Part shown: positions 1-8,566 of the stretch, one piece after another | How positions within the stretch are numbered: the first letter of the stretch is position 1 | Layout: each line of letters starts with the position of its first letter | From: Clostridiales bacterium | Lineage (GTDB): Bacteria > Bacillota > Clostridia > Christensenellales > JAISNN01 | Reading direction: 5' to 3' | DNA: 64,000 nt | Assembly: GCA_031289755.1 (NCBI GenBank) | Contig: JAITOU010000001.1 | Location: forward strand, 3,316 to 67,315 | Notes under the pieces: model-generated | What the model was told of the DNA's origin: nothing | The model's input: the letters and a program-made list of their open reading frames with translations, nothing else | Databases searched by the model: none | Translations under genes and position numbers: made by a program

Positions 1-668
1 TCGTAGCTTCCCGACGCACCGCCGATGTTTTGGTAGCACTCAATGGCGGTGTAGTGTTTTGCTCCGAGAGCGATTTCCGCGTCTCTGGCGGCAATATAAC
101 GCCCCAAAACAGACGTCGCGCTCGGAGAAGTGTTGTTTGTGAGCGGAAAATCTATAATCGTATCGACTTCGTAAGCTTCAAAGATTCCGACAACTTTGCC
201 GCTGCCGCTGCCGTTACTGTAAAATCCGGCGATGTGGTCTTCGTGCGCATGGGTAGCGATGACGTATTCGATTTTGCCGTCCGTTATGTAACCGTCCAAA
301 TAATTTGTAATGGTCGAAGCCGATTTGTTTACCGAGCCTGCGTCTATCAGAATATCGGTATCTCCGCTCTTAATATACACGCTGTCGCCCGTAAATTTAT
401 TGCCGAGTTCGAGAAAATGTATGCTCAAATCACCGCTTACAATGTCGTGTCCTTCGCCGTGTCCTTCGCCTTCGCCTTGTCCTTCGCCGTTGCCTTCGCC
501 TTGCTCTTGTCCGTTGCCCGAAGTGCCGTTTCCGCCTGTGGTGTCGTTCGGCTTAAAGGGCCATAGCCTGCATCCCGCTAAAACGGCGATAAGTATCAGG
601 CATAATATTATCGTCAGACCGCTCTTTTTTGTAATAGTCGAACCGTTGTTTTTTGTCGGCTTTTTCAT
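1..668 (-). CDS. Lipoprotein MBL-fold metallohydrolase (ComEC/Rec2-like), runs off the window start
   Basis: Not in the ORF track. Manual translation from ATG 668 (GAGG SD): MKKPTK...LIAVLAGC lipobox, Gly/Glu linker, then SIHFLELG...GDS...ILIDAG...VIATHAHEDHIAG (HxHxDH motif). Confidence 0.85.
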   Translation of the reverse strand, partial: MKKPTKNNGSTITKKSGLTIILCLILIAVLAGCRLWPFKPNDTTGGNGTSGNGQEQGEGNGEGQGEGEGHGEGHDIVSGDLSIHFLELGNKFTGDSVYIKSGDTDILIDAGSVNKSASTITNYLDGYITDGKIEYVIATHAHEDHIAGFYSNGSGSGKVVGIFEAYEVDTIIDFPLTNNTSPSATSVLGRYIAARDAEIALGAKHYTAIECYQNIGGASGSY

Positions 669-705
669 GATTACCTCAGCTTTTGCGTTTTGTTTTTTGT
701 ATTAC

Positions 706-724
706 TTAATTTTGCAACAAGTCT
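706..724. repeat. Solo end of MITE-like family 1
   Basis: TTAATTTTGCAACAAGTCT matches 21159-21177 at 18/19 positions. Confidence 0.6.
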
Positions 725-1068
725 ATTATACTACAAAAAAACGGTTTTGTCTAATATTAGACTTGTATCCTAACTTAGACGGCGGCAAGCGGCGTTCGGC
801 GCAAGGGGTATATATAGAGAAACGCGTATTTACTGCGGTGTTTTGCTTTTGCTATATACTTAATACTACGGCGATAAACGGCGTTCGGCATTATTCGCAA
901 TATATATAGAAAAAATACGGCTCTATACCGCCGTTTTTGCGCCGCGATACGGCTCGTCGGAGCAATCGAGCCGAACTAATTTCTTTTTGAATGAATAAGA
1001 TAAATTATACGGAACAATTCAAAAAACGATTTGTTTTTTACATTCTTATATCTAACAGAGGTGGCTAA

Positions 1069-2586
1069 ATGACCAATGCAAACAGATTTTCTCAATGCAG
1101 ATATTGCGGTGAAAATATAGTACCGTCGCTTAATGAAGAACCGTTATCACAAAACCCTTGCTCTCAAAACCTTCCCTCGTCGGAAGGTCCGGTCGGCCCC
1201 GAAGGACCTATCGGACCCGTCGGGCCTATGGGACTGAGAGGCCCTAAGGGCAATCAGGGCGACACGGGACCTATCGGGCCGCAAGGCTGTATCGGCCCTG
1301 CCGGACCCGTAGGACCGACGGGGGCGCAGGGACTGACGGGACCGCAAGGCGTGCGCGGCGACTTGGGTCCGCAGGGCGACCCCGGCTGCTCCGGCACACG
1401 CGGTCCTAAGGGTGACTTAGGTCCGATAGGACCTGTCGGGCCTCGCGGACCGATAGGTCCGCAAGGCGACACGGGACCGCGCGGACTGCCCGGCGACTTA
1501 GGTCCGGCAGGTCCGGCAGGGCCTGTCGGACCGATAGGTCCTATGGGCGACTCCGGACCTATGGGCTTTGCGGGACCGGAAGGTCCGCAAGGTCCGTCAG
1601 GTCCGGCAGGTTGTTCGGGTCCGCAAGGACCGCAGGGATTGCAAGGCGACGCGGGACCGGAAGGAATACAAGGTCCTATCGGCATACCCGGTCCGCAAGG
1701 TATACAAGGAGAACGCGGCGACGACGGCACTGCTATGACTATACTCGATACCTACACTTCTTATAACGACCTTATAGCTGCTCACCCTACGGGCAAGACG
1801 GGCGACGCGTACCTTGTAGACGGTCGGCTGTATGTCTGGGATGACGCGTCCGGGTCTTGGAAAAACGTCGGAGACCTAAAAGGTCCGCAAGGTCCGCAAG
1901 GTCCGCAAGGCTATCAAGGCACACCCGGCGCACAAGGAAATCAAGGCATACCCGGACCGGAAGGTCCGGAAGGACCGGCAGGTCAAGCCGGTCCGGCAGG
2001 GGCGCAAGGACCTGCCGGACTTGCCGGAGCGCAAGGACCGGCAGGACCTGCCGGAGCGCAAGGACCTGCCGGACCGGCAGGGGCGCAAGGTCAACAAGGA
2101 CCGTCGGGAGCGGCAGGGCCGCAAGGTCCGGCAGGCAACGACGCTCAATTAGGATTGCCGGAATATGCCAACATTGTCAGAAATTACGGAGGACTTGTCA
2201 GAGACGGCGAAAGCATTCTATACAGCTGGGCGGAAAATTACGGCGGCTTTACCGTTACGACTACGCAAAATGATTTGTCATGGGTCAGAACCGGCATGGG
2301 CGGCTGGAAAATCGTCAATATATCATGCAGTATAAGCGTCGTCGATACGGTCAATTTTCCGCGCATGGCGATTTATGTAAACGGTTCTTATCAAAACACC
2401 TTAGGCACTCCCGACGAGCCGAGAAAGAGCCGCGCTATCCCTATCCCCGTCGCCGGAAATTATTCTTTGACCTCGACTCTCTATCTGGCGGAAAATTCCT
2501 TGATAGAAATCAAAATCATCGGCGGCAGCGTCAATCTGTCGTCATTAGGCACTTGCGCCGCCCTGAGCTGTTGCAGAATAAAATAA
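1069..2586 (+). CDS. Collagen-like (BclA-type) spore/surface protein
   Basis: Two long G-X-Y runs interrupted by a globular [13 protein letters not shown] insert; beta-rich C-terminal domain; GAGGTG SD. Confidence 0.85.
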   Translation: MTNANRFSQCRYCGENIVPSLNEEPLSQNPCSQNLPSSEGPVGPEGPIGPVGPMGLRGPKGNQGDTGPIGPQGCIGPAGPVGPTGAQGLTGPQGVRGDLGPQGDPGCSGTRGPKGDLGPIGPVGPRGPIGPQGDTGPRGLPGDLGPAGPAGPVGPIGPMGDSGPMGFAGPEGPQGPSGPAGCSGPQGPQGLQGDAGPEGIQGPIGIPGPQGIQGERGDDGTAMTILDTYTSYNDLIAAHPTGKTGDAYLVDGRLYVWDDASGSWKNVGDLKGPQGPQGPQGYQGTPGAQGNQGIPGPEGPEGPAGQAGPAGAQGPAGLAGAQGPAGPAGAQGPAGPAGAQGQQGPSGAAGPQGPAGNDAQLGLPEYANIVRNYGGLVRDGESILYSWAENYGGFTVTTTQNDLSWVRTGMGGWKIVNISCSISVVDTVNFPRMAIYVNGSYQNTLGTPDEPRKSRAIPIPVAGNYSLTSTLYLAENSLIEIKIIGGSVNLSSLGTCAALSCCRIK

Positions 2587-2782
2587 CGGCACGGTAAAAT
2601 TTTATCACCGCATGGGCAAGAGCCAAAAATAAGGATATCTGGAATATTTTTTCGGTATCCTTTTTTTGACAAAATTGAGAAGTCTATACCGCGCTTAGAT
2701 ATGCCCTTATGTAATTGCCTATTCGGATATTGTAAACTGCTTTACTTGATTTTATCTTTAAAAAATGTTATCATTATATGCG

Positions 2783-4327
2783 ATGAGCATTTTAACGATA
2801 CAAAACCTAACGCATACCTTTGACGGAAACGTCATCTTTGAAGGGGCGAATCTCAGTGTCAACAACGGCGAACATACGGGTATCGTCGGGCTTAACGGCG
2901 CAGGCAAAAGTACCTTTATGAATATTTTGACGGGCAGGCTGATTCAGGACGACGGCGAGGTCAAGTGGCTTAACGGTATCAAGCGCGGCTATCTCGACCA
3001 GCACGCCGACATCGACCGCAATCAAACGATATCCGAATATCTCCAAAGCGCGTTTAAGCGGCTCTATTCCCTAAACGAAAAGCTCGAACGGGTCTATACC
3101 GAAATGGAAACGGAGAGTGACCTTGACGCCTTAGACGCTCTGATTTCACGGTCGGCATCTATGCTCGACGAGCTGACACGGGCGGGCTTCTTTGACTTGG
3201 ACAGCGAAATCAAAAAGGTCGGCAACGGTCTCGGTATCGGCGCATTCGGCTACGATACGCCTATCGCACATCTTAGCGGCGGACAGCGAGCAAAGGTCGC
3301 TTTGGCGAGCCTATTGCTTTCGGATTATGACATTTTGCTTCTCGACGAGCCGACAAACTTTTTGGATATCGAACACATCAAATGGCTGACAGACTATATC
3401 AACGCCTATCAAGGAACGATATTGGTCATTTCTCACGATACGGATTTTTTGAACGGCGTTTCGCGCAATATCATAAGCATAGAAGGACGTGAAATCAAAA
3501 AGTATTCGGGAGATTACAACAAATTTCTTACGGCAAGCGAAATCAACGCCAAGCAGCACGAAGAAGGCTTCGAGCGTCAGCAACAGCAAATCAAAAAGAT
3601 TGAAGAATTTATCGCAAAAAACAAGGCGCGCGCCGCGACCGCCGGAATGGCAAATGCACGAAAAAAACAATTGGAAAAAATCGAAATCATCGCCAAACCG
3701 ACCGTCGTCTACCCTTCCGTCTTTCGCTTTCCCTATGTCAATATCCACACAAAAGAAATCTTAACGGTCAAGGATTTGGTCATCGGCTACAACAAGCCGC
3801 TGCTCCCCCCTATCAGTTTTAAAATGACAAGCGAAACAAAATTGTTGGTCAGAGGCACTAACGGTATCGGCAAAAGCACCTTGCTCAAAACCTTGATACA
3901 CAAGATTCCGGCAATTTCCGGTACGGGGCATTTTAATATGAATGCAAAAACCCTCTATCTCGAACAAGACCTCGAATTTTTTAATACGGAAGAAAGCGCG
4001 GCATTATATATGGCGCGCTGCTATCCGCGCATGGACACAAAAGAAATACGCACACGGCTCGGCGGCGTCGGTATCAAAAACGACCTTGCCGTAAAGCCGA
4101 TTAGTAACCTGAGCGGCGGCGAACAGGTCAAAGTCAAGCTCTGCTCACTCATGCAAAAGGACAGCAACTTCTTGCTCTTGGACGAGCCGACAAATCATCT
4201 CGACATCAAAGCAAAGGACTCTCTCGCCGAAGCCCTTATCTCCTACTCCGGCGCGGTGATTTTGGTCACCCACGAACGCGCCTTTGCCGATAGGGTCTGT
4301 AACGACGTACTCGATTGGAAGCTGTGA
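2783..4327 (+). CDS. ABC-F family ATPase
   Basis: Two NBDs (GLNGAGKST/GTNGIGKST, LSGGQ/LSGGE, LLDEPTN), no TM segment. Start moved to ATG 2783, downstream of TTGATT-N17-TATCAT. Confidence 0.95.
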   Translation: MSILTIQNLTHTFDGNVIFEGANLSVNNGEHTGIVGLNGAGKSTFMNILTGRLIQDDGEVKWLNGIKRGYLDQHADIDRNQTISEYLQSAFKRLYSLNEKLERVYTEMETESDLDALDALISRSASMLDELTRAGFFDLDSEIKKVGNGLGIGAFGYDTPIAHLSGGQRAKVALASLLLSDYDILLLDEPTNFLDIEHIKWLTDYINAYQGTILVISHDTDFLNGVSRNIISIEGREIKKYSGDYNKFLTASEINAKQHEEGFERQQQQIKKIEEFIAKNKARAATAGMANARKKQLEKIEIIAKPTVVYPSVFRFPYVNIHTKEILTVKDLVIGYNKPLLPPISFKMTSETKLLVRGTNGIGKSTLLKTLIHKIPAISGTGHFNMNAKTLYLEQDLEFFNTEESAALYMARCYPRMDTKEIRTRLGGVGIKNDLAVKPISNLSGGEQVKVKLCSLMQKDSNFLLLDEPTNHLDIKAKDSLAEALISYSGAVILVTHERAFADRVCNDVLDWKL

Positions 4328-4380
4328 GAAAAGAGTATTTTTTGCGTTATAGTACGTTTGGGGAATATAATAATGAAAAT

Positions 4381-4428
4381 AAAAAAGGGCTGTGTTGTCG
4401 ATAGATAGTATAGCCCTTGTTTTTTTTG
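4381..4428. terminator. Bidirectional intrinsic terminator
   Basis: AAAAAAGGGCTGTG...TATAGCCCTTGTTTTTTTT between convergent genes. Confidence 0.7.
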
Positions 4429-4440
4429 GTATTGATTTAA

Positions 4441-4725
4441 TCAAATTGTATATATTCTTAAAAGACGCTGATATTCACTTGCGCTGTAACGATATTTTTC
4501 AGATAGTACTTCCATAATAGCTTCGCGTACACTCGTCTTGAAAGAGCCGAACATGACGTCTTTTTCCTTTAATTGCTCCGCATAACGCTTTGCAACGGCT
4601 TCTCGCTGATAATAATCCGTGATTTGTCTGTTGATAATTTCCGAAGCGGCATCCTTTGCGAACTCACTCACCGTTGGCGGTGAAAATACTGCTCCGTTGT
4701 CATTTCTTGTCCAATCTGATTCCAT
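4441..4725 (-). CDS. Hypothetical 94-aa helical protein
   Basis: Strong SD AAAAGGAGA; last gene of the AT-rich cassette. Confidence 0.7.
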   Translation of the reverse strand: MESDWTRNDNGAVFSPPTVSEFAKDAASEIINRQITDYYQREAVAKRYAEQLKEKDVMFGSFKTSVREAIMEVLSEKYRYSASEYQRLLRIYTI

Positions 4726-4798
4726 ATTATATATCTCCTTTTCAGTTGCTATGATTTTTTATTTTATCTTAATAACTGTTTTTCTCACTTGATAAGCA

Positions 4799-5013
4799 TC
4801 ACTCCCATATGTGACCGCATCTAAGGCAAACATAAGCATTGCACGGTTGGGCGCTAATGGCGCACCATAGACATTTTTACACATTCTGCAATTCGGACAA
4901 TGCTGATAAAGTAGAAGTTTTCCGTAATATGTAAAATCCAAAGCAAAATCCATACTATATCTGTATAGCAATAAGATTTCAATTACCTTTTCCCTATCTT
5001 CGCCATAAATCAT
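4799..5013 (-). pseudogene. Frameshifted Zn-ribbon mini-protein, paralog of 5042-5296
   Basis: Shares the MIYGED N-terminus and CPxC. The C-terminus YVCLRCGHIWE* lies in a shifted frame ending at TGA 4799-4801. Confidence 0.7.
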
Positions 5014-5041
5014 AAATATTTTTTCCTAAATTTTCACTTGT

Positions 5042-5296
5042 TTAAAACCAAAACCATATGTGACCGCAACCAATTGAAATATATAAATATGAGCCAGACC
5101 CCACTATACCAATGCAATCTGAGCGTGCAGCATATGTTTTTGCATAGCATTTATCTTCTGAATTTCCGCAAGTCGGGCACTCTGTATATGATGGAACAGT
5201 ATCACCATAATAGGCATAGTTTGTTGCCGCATCCATACTGTACCCGTGTTGCAACATGATTTTGATAACTTTTTTGCCATCTTCGCCATAAATCAT
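5042..5296 (-). CDS. Cys-rich Zn-ribbon-like mini-protein (84 aa)
   Basis: SD AAAAGGAGA; CPTCG...KC...C...GCGHIW. Confidence 0.75.
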   Translation of the reverse strand: MIYGEDGKKVIKIMLQHGYSMDAATNYAYYGDTVPSYTECPTCGNSEDKCYAKTYAARSDCIGIVGSGSYLYISIGCGHIWFWF

Positions 5297-5357
5297 AATC
5301 TTTATCTCCTTTTCCGCTTTTGCGGTATTTTATTTTTATTTTATGCTATGTTATCGT

Positions 5358-5876
5358 TCAATAACGTTCTTTTTCGCGCCGTATAACTATGATTGCCTTT
5401 ATCAAACGAAACGGCGGATACCAGATAAAGCCGCCAATTCCTACGAATAAATCGGCTATGAACAAACATATGAGCGTTGCAATAATTGACTTACCACCAA
5501 AACGGCTAAGAACCACTCGAAAACACAGAAAAACTCCGCCGAAAGAATAAATACAAGTTAATAGCGTCAAAACTTTATCCCCAAAGGAATCATTATCCCC
5601 AAAGAAATCATTATAAAATATAAGTATTAAAATATCAAGTACTCCCCCTACTGCACACCCGATTAGAAACAATTTTATATCTTTCTTTGCGGTGACATAT
5701 TCGTAGGCGTGATGAACGGCAATATCATGCTCACAAAACTTACCATTATATTTATCAAAACATTTCCGACACAAGTTTCTTCCGCAAGTTTCACATTTGC
5801 CAACGGGAGAGATATCTTCATGATAATAGCAGGTATGCCCGAATGCTCCTTGACCTAAATTTTCTTCGTTTGACAT
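5358..5876 (-). CDS. B-box-like zinc finger membrane protein
   Basis: CYYH...CETCGRNLCRKC...CEH followed by about 3 hydrophobic helices; GGGAGG SD. Confidence 0.8.
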   Translation of the reverse strand: MSNEENLGQGAFGHTCYYHEDISPVGKCETCGRNLCRKCFDKYNGKFCEHDIAVHHAYEYVTAKKDIKLFLIGCAVGGVLDILILIFYNDFFGDNDSFGDKVLTLLTCIYSFGGVFLCFRVVLSRFGGKSIIATLICLFIADLFVGIGGFIWYPPFRLIKAIIVIRREKERY

Positions 5877-5915
5877 AATGAAATCCTCCCGTATTTTTTG
5901 TCGTTTTATTTTTCA

Positions 5916-6116
5916 TTAATAATTCATTCTGCCGCATTTAACGCAAATATAACAAGTTTCAAGTAAAACCCAAGGCTGATATACAACTTTCCAAATTTCT
6001 CCGCCGCATTGCGGACAAATTGAACTCTCGTAGCAAGCACCAATATTAACCAATGTAAGGACTTGGGAGTTAGGGAATTTTTTTGTCAATGCTAAAATTA
6101 AATCATTTTTACTCAT
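5916..6116 (-). CDS. Zn-ribbon mini-protein (66 aa)
   Basis: CPQCGG...YICVKCG; AAGGAG SD; first gene after a consensus promoter. Confidence 0.75.
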   Translation of the reverse strand: MSKNDLILALTKKFPNSQVLTLVNIGACYESSICPQCGGEIWKVVYQPWVLLETCYICVKCGRMNY

Positions 6117-6145
6117 ACATCAATCTCCTTAATTTATTATTTTCC

Positions 6146-6196
6146 ATTATAGTCGTTTTTTCGACTATTGTCAACTAATTGACTATACATTATAAT
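6146..6196. promoter_or_regulatory. Divergent sigma-A promoters with palindromic operator
   Basis: Minus: TTGACA(6174-6169)-N17-TATAAT(6151-6146). Plus: TTGTCA(6168-6173)-N17-TATAAT(6191-6196). Palindrome ATAGTCG-T6-CGACTAT at 6149-6168. Confidence 0.85.
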
Positions 6197-6202
6197 AAAA
6201 AT

Positions 6203-6415
6203 ATGATTTCGTACAGACCATTTTGGGAAACACTAAAAAACAGCAGCGAATCGACTTATACACTAATCAACAAGCACAACGTCAGCAGTTCGACAATCAA
6301 CCGTTTGCGTAAAGGGTTGGGTATCAGTACCGTGACAATAGACGATTTATGCAAGATTTTGTCTTGTAATGTTGGTGAGATTATCGAATATGTTGATACG
6401 GATATACAATTATAA
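6203..6415 (+). CDS. Cro/C1-type (HTH_26-like) transcriptional regulator, leaderless
   Basis: MISYRPFWETL...VSSSTINRLRKG...TIDDLCKILSCNVGEIIEY; ATG 6 nt after the -10 box. Confidence 0.9.
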   Translation: MISYRPFWETLKNSSESTYTLINKHNVSSSTINRLRKGLGISTVTIDDLCKILSCNVGEIIEYVDTDIQL

Positions 6416-6574
6416 AAGCTTGACATTTCAAAAAAGTCATTCAAAAAAAAAGCACAGGATATCGCTATCTTGTGCTTTTATCTTTTTATCGGATTGTATT
6501 TTCATCAAATCAGCTTAGATAAAAATCTAACAGCACTTGACCTATTCGGCGTTAATGTGATATAATCTGTATAT

Positions 6575-7267
6575 ATGGTAGCCGCGATAAGCGTCGCTAC
6601 GCTAAGCGTAGCGGTAATACTCTGCAAAATATTGTTTTTAAAAAATGCCGGTATAAAGGTCGGCTTTTTGAGCAAGCTCATCTCTTCCGCTCTTTTTTGT
6701 CTTACCGGAATAATCGCCGCGTTTTCACGCGGACGCCTTGATATATTTGCCGCGCTCATGCTGATTGCTCTCGCCGCCGCGTTTGCCGGAGATATTCTGC
6801 TTGCCGCTCCGGCTTTTCTCAAAGACGAATACAAAGGCTTATTCTCCGCGGCGGGCGGCGCAGCCTTTCTCTTCTCACATCTTCTCTATATCGTCGTCTT
6901 TTTATGCGCCGCGCCGCCGATTCTTTATCTCATACCCGTCGCGGCGGTCGTACCTATCCTATACGGCTGCTTTATCAAAGCCAAGCTCCTGTCTCCCAAA
7001 AAAAACTCCGTTCCGATTGTAGCCTACGGCGCGGTGCTGGGTTGTCTGATTTTTTCGGCGTCGGGGCTTGCGCTCAACGGTCTTGTTTTGGGCTATCTTG
7101 CTCTGCCTGCCGCACTGCTCTTTGTCTTGTCCGATACGGCTTTGTTTTTTTACAACTTCGGACACCGACCGTTCGCTGTTTCGCGTACGGCGGTAAACTA
7201 CTTGATTTTGCTTCCATACTATGCCGCGCAAGCTCTCTTCGCCGTCGCCGTATTCTTCCTGCCTTAG
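6575..7267 (+). CDS. YhhN/lysoplasmalogenase-family membrane protein
   Basis: Multi-TM; motifs AGDILL, FLFSHLLY, LFVLSD, YYAAQ. Confidence 0.85.
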   Translation: MVAAISVATLSVAVILCKILFLKNAGIKVGFLSKLISSALFCLTGIIAAFSRGRLDIFAALMLIALAAAFAGDILLAAPAFLKDEYKGLFSAAGGAAFLFSHLLYIVVFLCAAPPILYLIPVAAVVPILYGCFIKAKLLSPKKNSVPIVAYGAVLGCLIFSASGLALNGLVLGYLALPAALLFVLSDTALFFYNFGHRPFAVSRTAVNYLILLPYYAAQALFAVAVFFLP

Positions 7268-7377
7268 ACCGACATGACCTAATCGCTCTCGGCTCTTTTG
7301 CGACCGCCCGTCTTGACACTTACTTCCCGCCCGTCGCTGTCATATAGAAAAATATTTTATCAAATCGGAGGTGTTCC

Positions 7378-8343
7378 GTGTTCGATATTATCCAAAAAAT
7401 TAATTTGGGAAGCTTTCCCCAAAAAATACATATACGGGGCGAAAAAGAAACAAATCCCGTGCTTCTAATCCTGCACGGCGGACCGGGTATTCCCAACCGT
7501 TCGTCTTTTTTTAAACATCATTCCGACCTTTGCGAATTTTTTACCGTAGCGGCGTGGGACCAACGCGGCACGGGCGGCTCTTATCGCGGTATAGACAAAA
7601 ACACCTTGACGGTGGAACGGCTTGTCATAGACGCACGCGAGCTTGTAGAGTATCTCTGCGAGCGGTTTTGTCAACAAAAAATCTTTTTGCTTTGCGGCAG
7701 CTGGGGAACGCAGTTAGGCACGATACTCGCCTATCGCTACCCGGAACATATAGCGGCTTATGCCGGACTCGGGCAGACCGTCAACGGCTGTGAAAACGAA
7801 CGGATAAGCTATGAATTTGCCTTAAAAAAAGCGTCGGAAGCCGACGACTCAAAAAGCGTCGCGCTTCTGCAAAAATACGGACCGCCCGTCAACGGACAGT
7901 ACAAAGAAGGGCTTAAAGGCTTGCTCGCACAACGGCGCGTCATGAAAAAATACGGCGGCAATTCCACAAAAAAAGGCGGTTGGTTTAAGACGCTGGGCAT
8001 TCCGATTTTGTTTTCTAAGGAATACACCTTGGGCGACAAAATAGGCATCATCAAAGGATATAAGCTCGTACTGTCTACTATGTGGCCTCTCTTGACGGAT
8101 TATGATTTTATCGCCGAATGCGCCGATTTTCAAATGCCTTATTTTATCTTTCAGGGCAGACTCGACAACAACACTCCGTCCGCACTCGTCAGTGATTTTT
8201 ATGACCGCATTACCGCACCACAAAAGGACCTTGTCTGGTTTGAAAAGTCAGCCCACAGTCCGCTCGGCGAAGAGCCGGAGCTGTTTAAACGCATATTAAA
8301 ACAGAAGTTTTTAGATTCGGGCATATCTGCAAAATTGATATAA
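7378..8343 (+). CDS. Alpha/beta hydrolase (proline iminopeptidase-like)
   Basis: HGGPG, WDQRGTG, GSWG nucleophile elbow, SAHSP. Confidence 0.9.
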   Translation: MFDIIQKINLGSFPQKIHIRGEKETNPVLLILHGGPGIPNRSSFFKHHSDLCEFFTVAAWDQRGTGGSYRGIDKNTLTVERLVIDARELVEYLCERFCQQKIFLLCGSWGTQLGTILAYRYPEHIAAYAGLGQTVNGCENERISYEFALKKASEADDSKSVALLQKYGPPVNGQYKEGLKGLLAQRRVMKKYGGNSTKKGGWFKTLGIPILFSKEYTLGDKIGIIKGYKLVLSTMWPLLTDYDFIAECADFQMPYFIFQGRLDNNTPSALVSDFYDRITAPQKDLVWFEKSAHSPLGEEPELFKRILKQKFLDSGISAKLI

Positions 8344-8422
8344 ATTTATTTGTAGGCAACGTCGGTGCGACTATTGCACCGGTTTTTTCAGCTCGGTAAA
8401 ATTGATATAAATTTATTTGTAG
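8331..8422. repeat. 25-bp direct repeat flanking a hairpin
   Basis: AAAATTGATATAAATTTATTTGTAG at 8331-8355 and 8398-8422. Confidence 0.85.
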
Positions 8423-8566
8423 CAACCGTTTTATATGGTGATAACGGACTGGCGGATATGGAATCGCGTTCACCTACAAAAAAAGCCGAGAGTTCTTCTC
8501 GCGGCTTTTTTATCTGTCTTATAGCTTTTTAAACTTAAAATGTTCTTGCCGTAGCACCGAAACTCA

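Noticed and set aside
30-909. Plus-strand ORFs 30-566 and 310-909
   Set aside because: They are shadows of the minus-strand MBL lipoprotein, which has a lipobox and HxHxDH motif.
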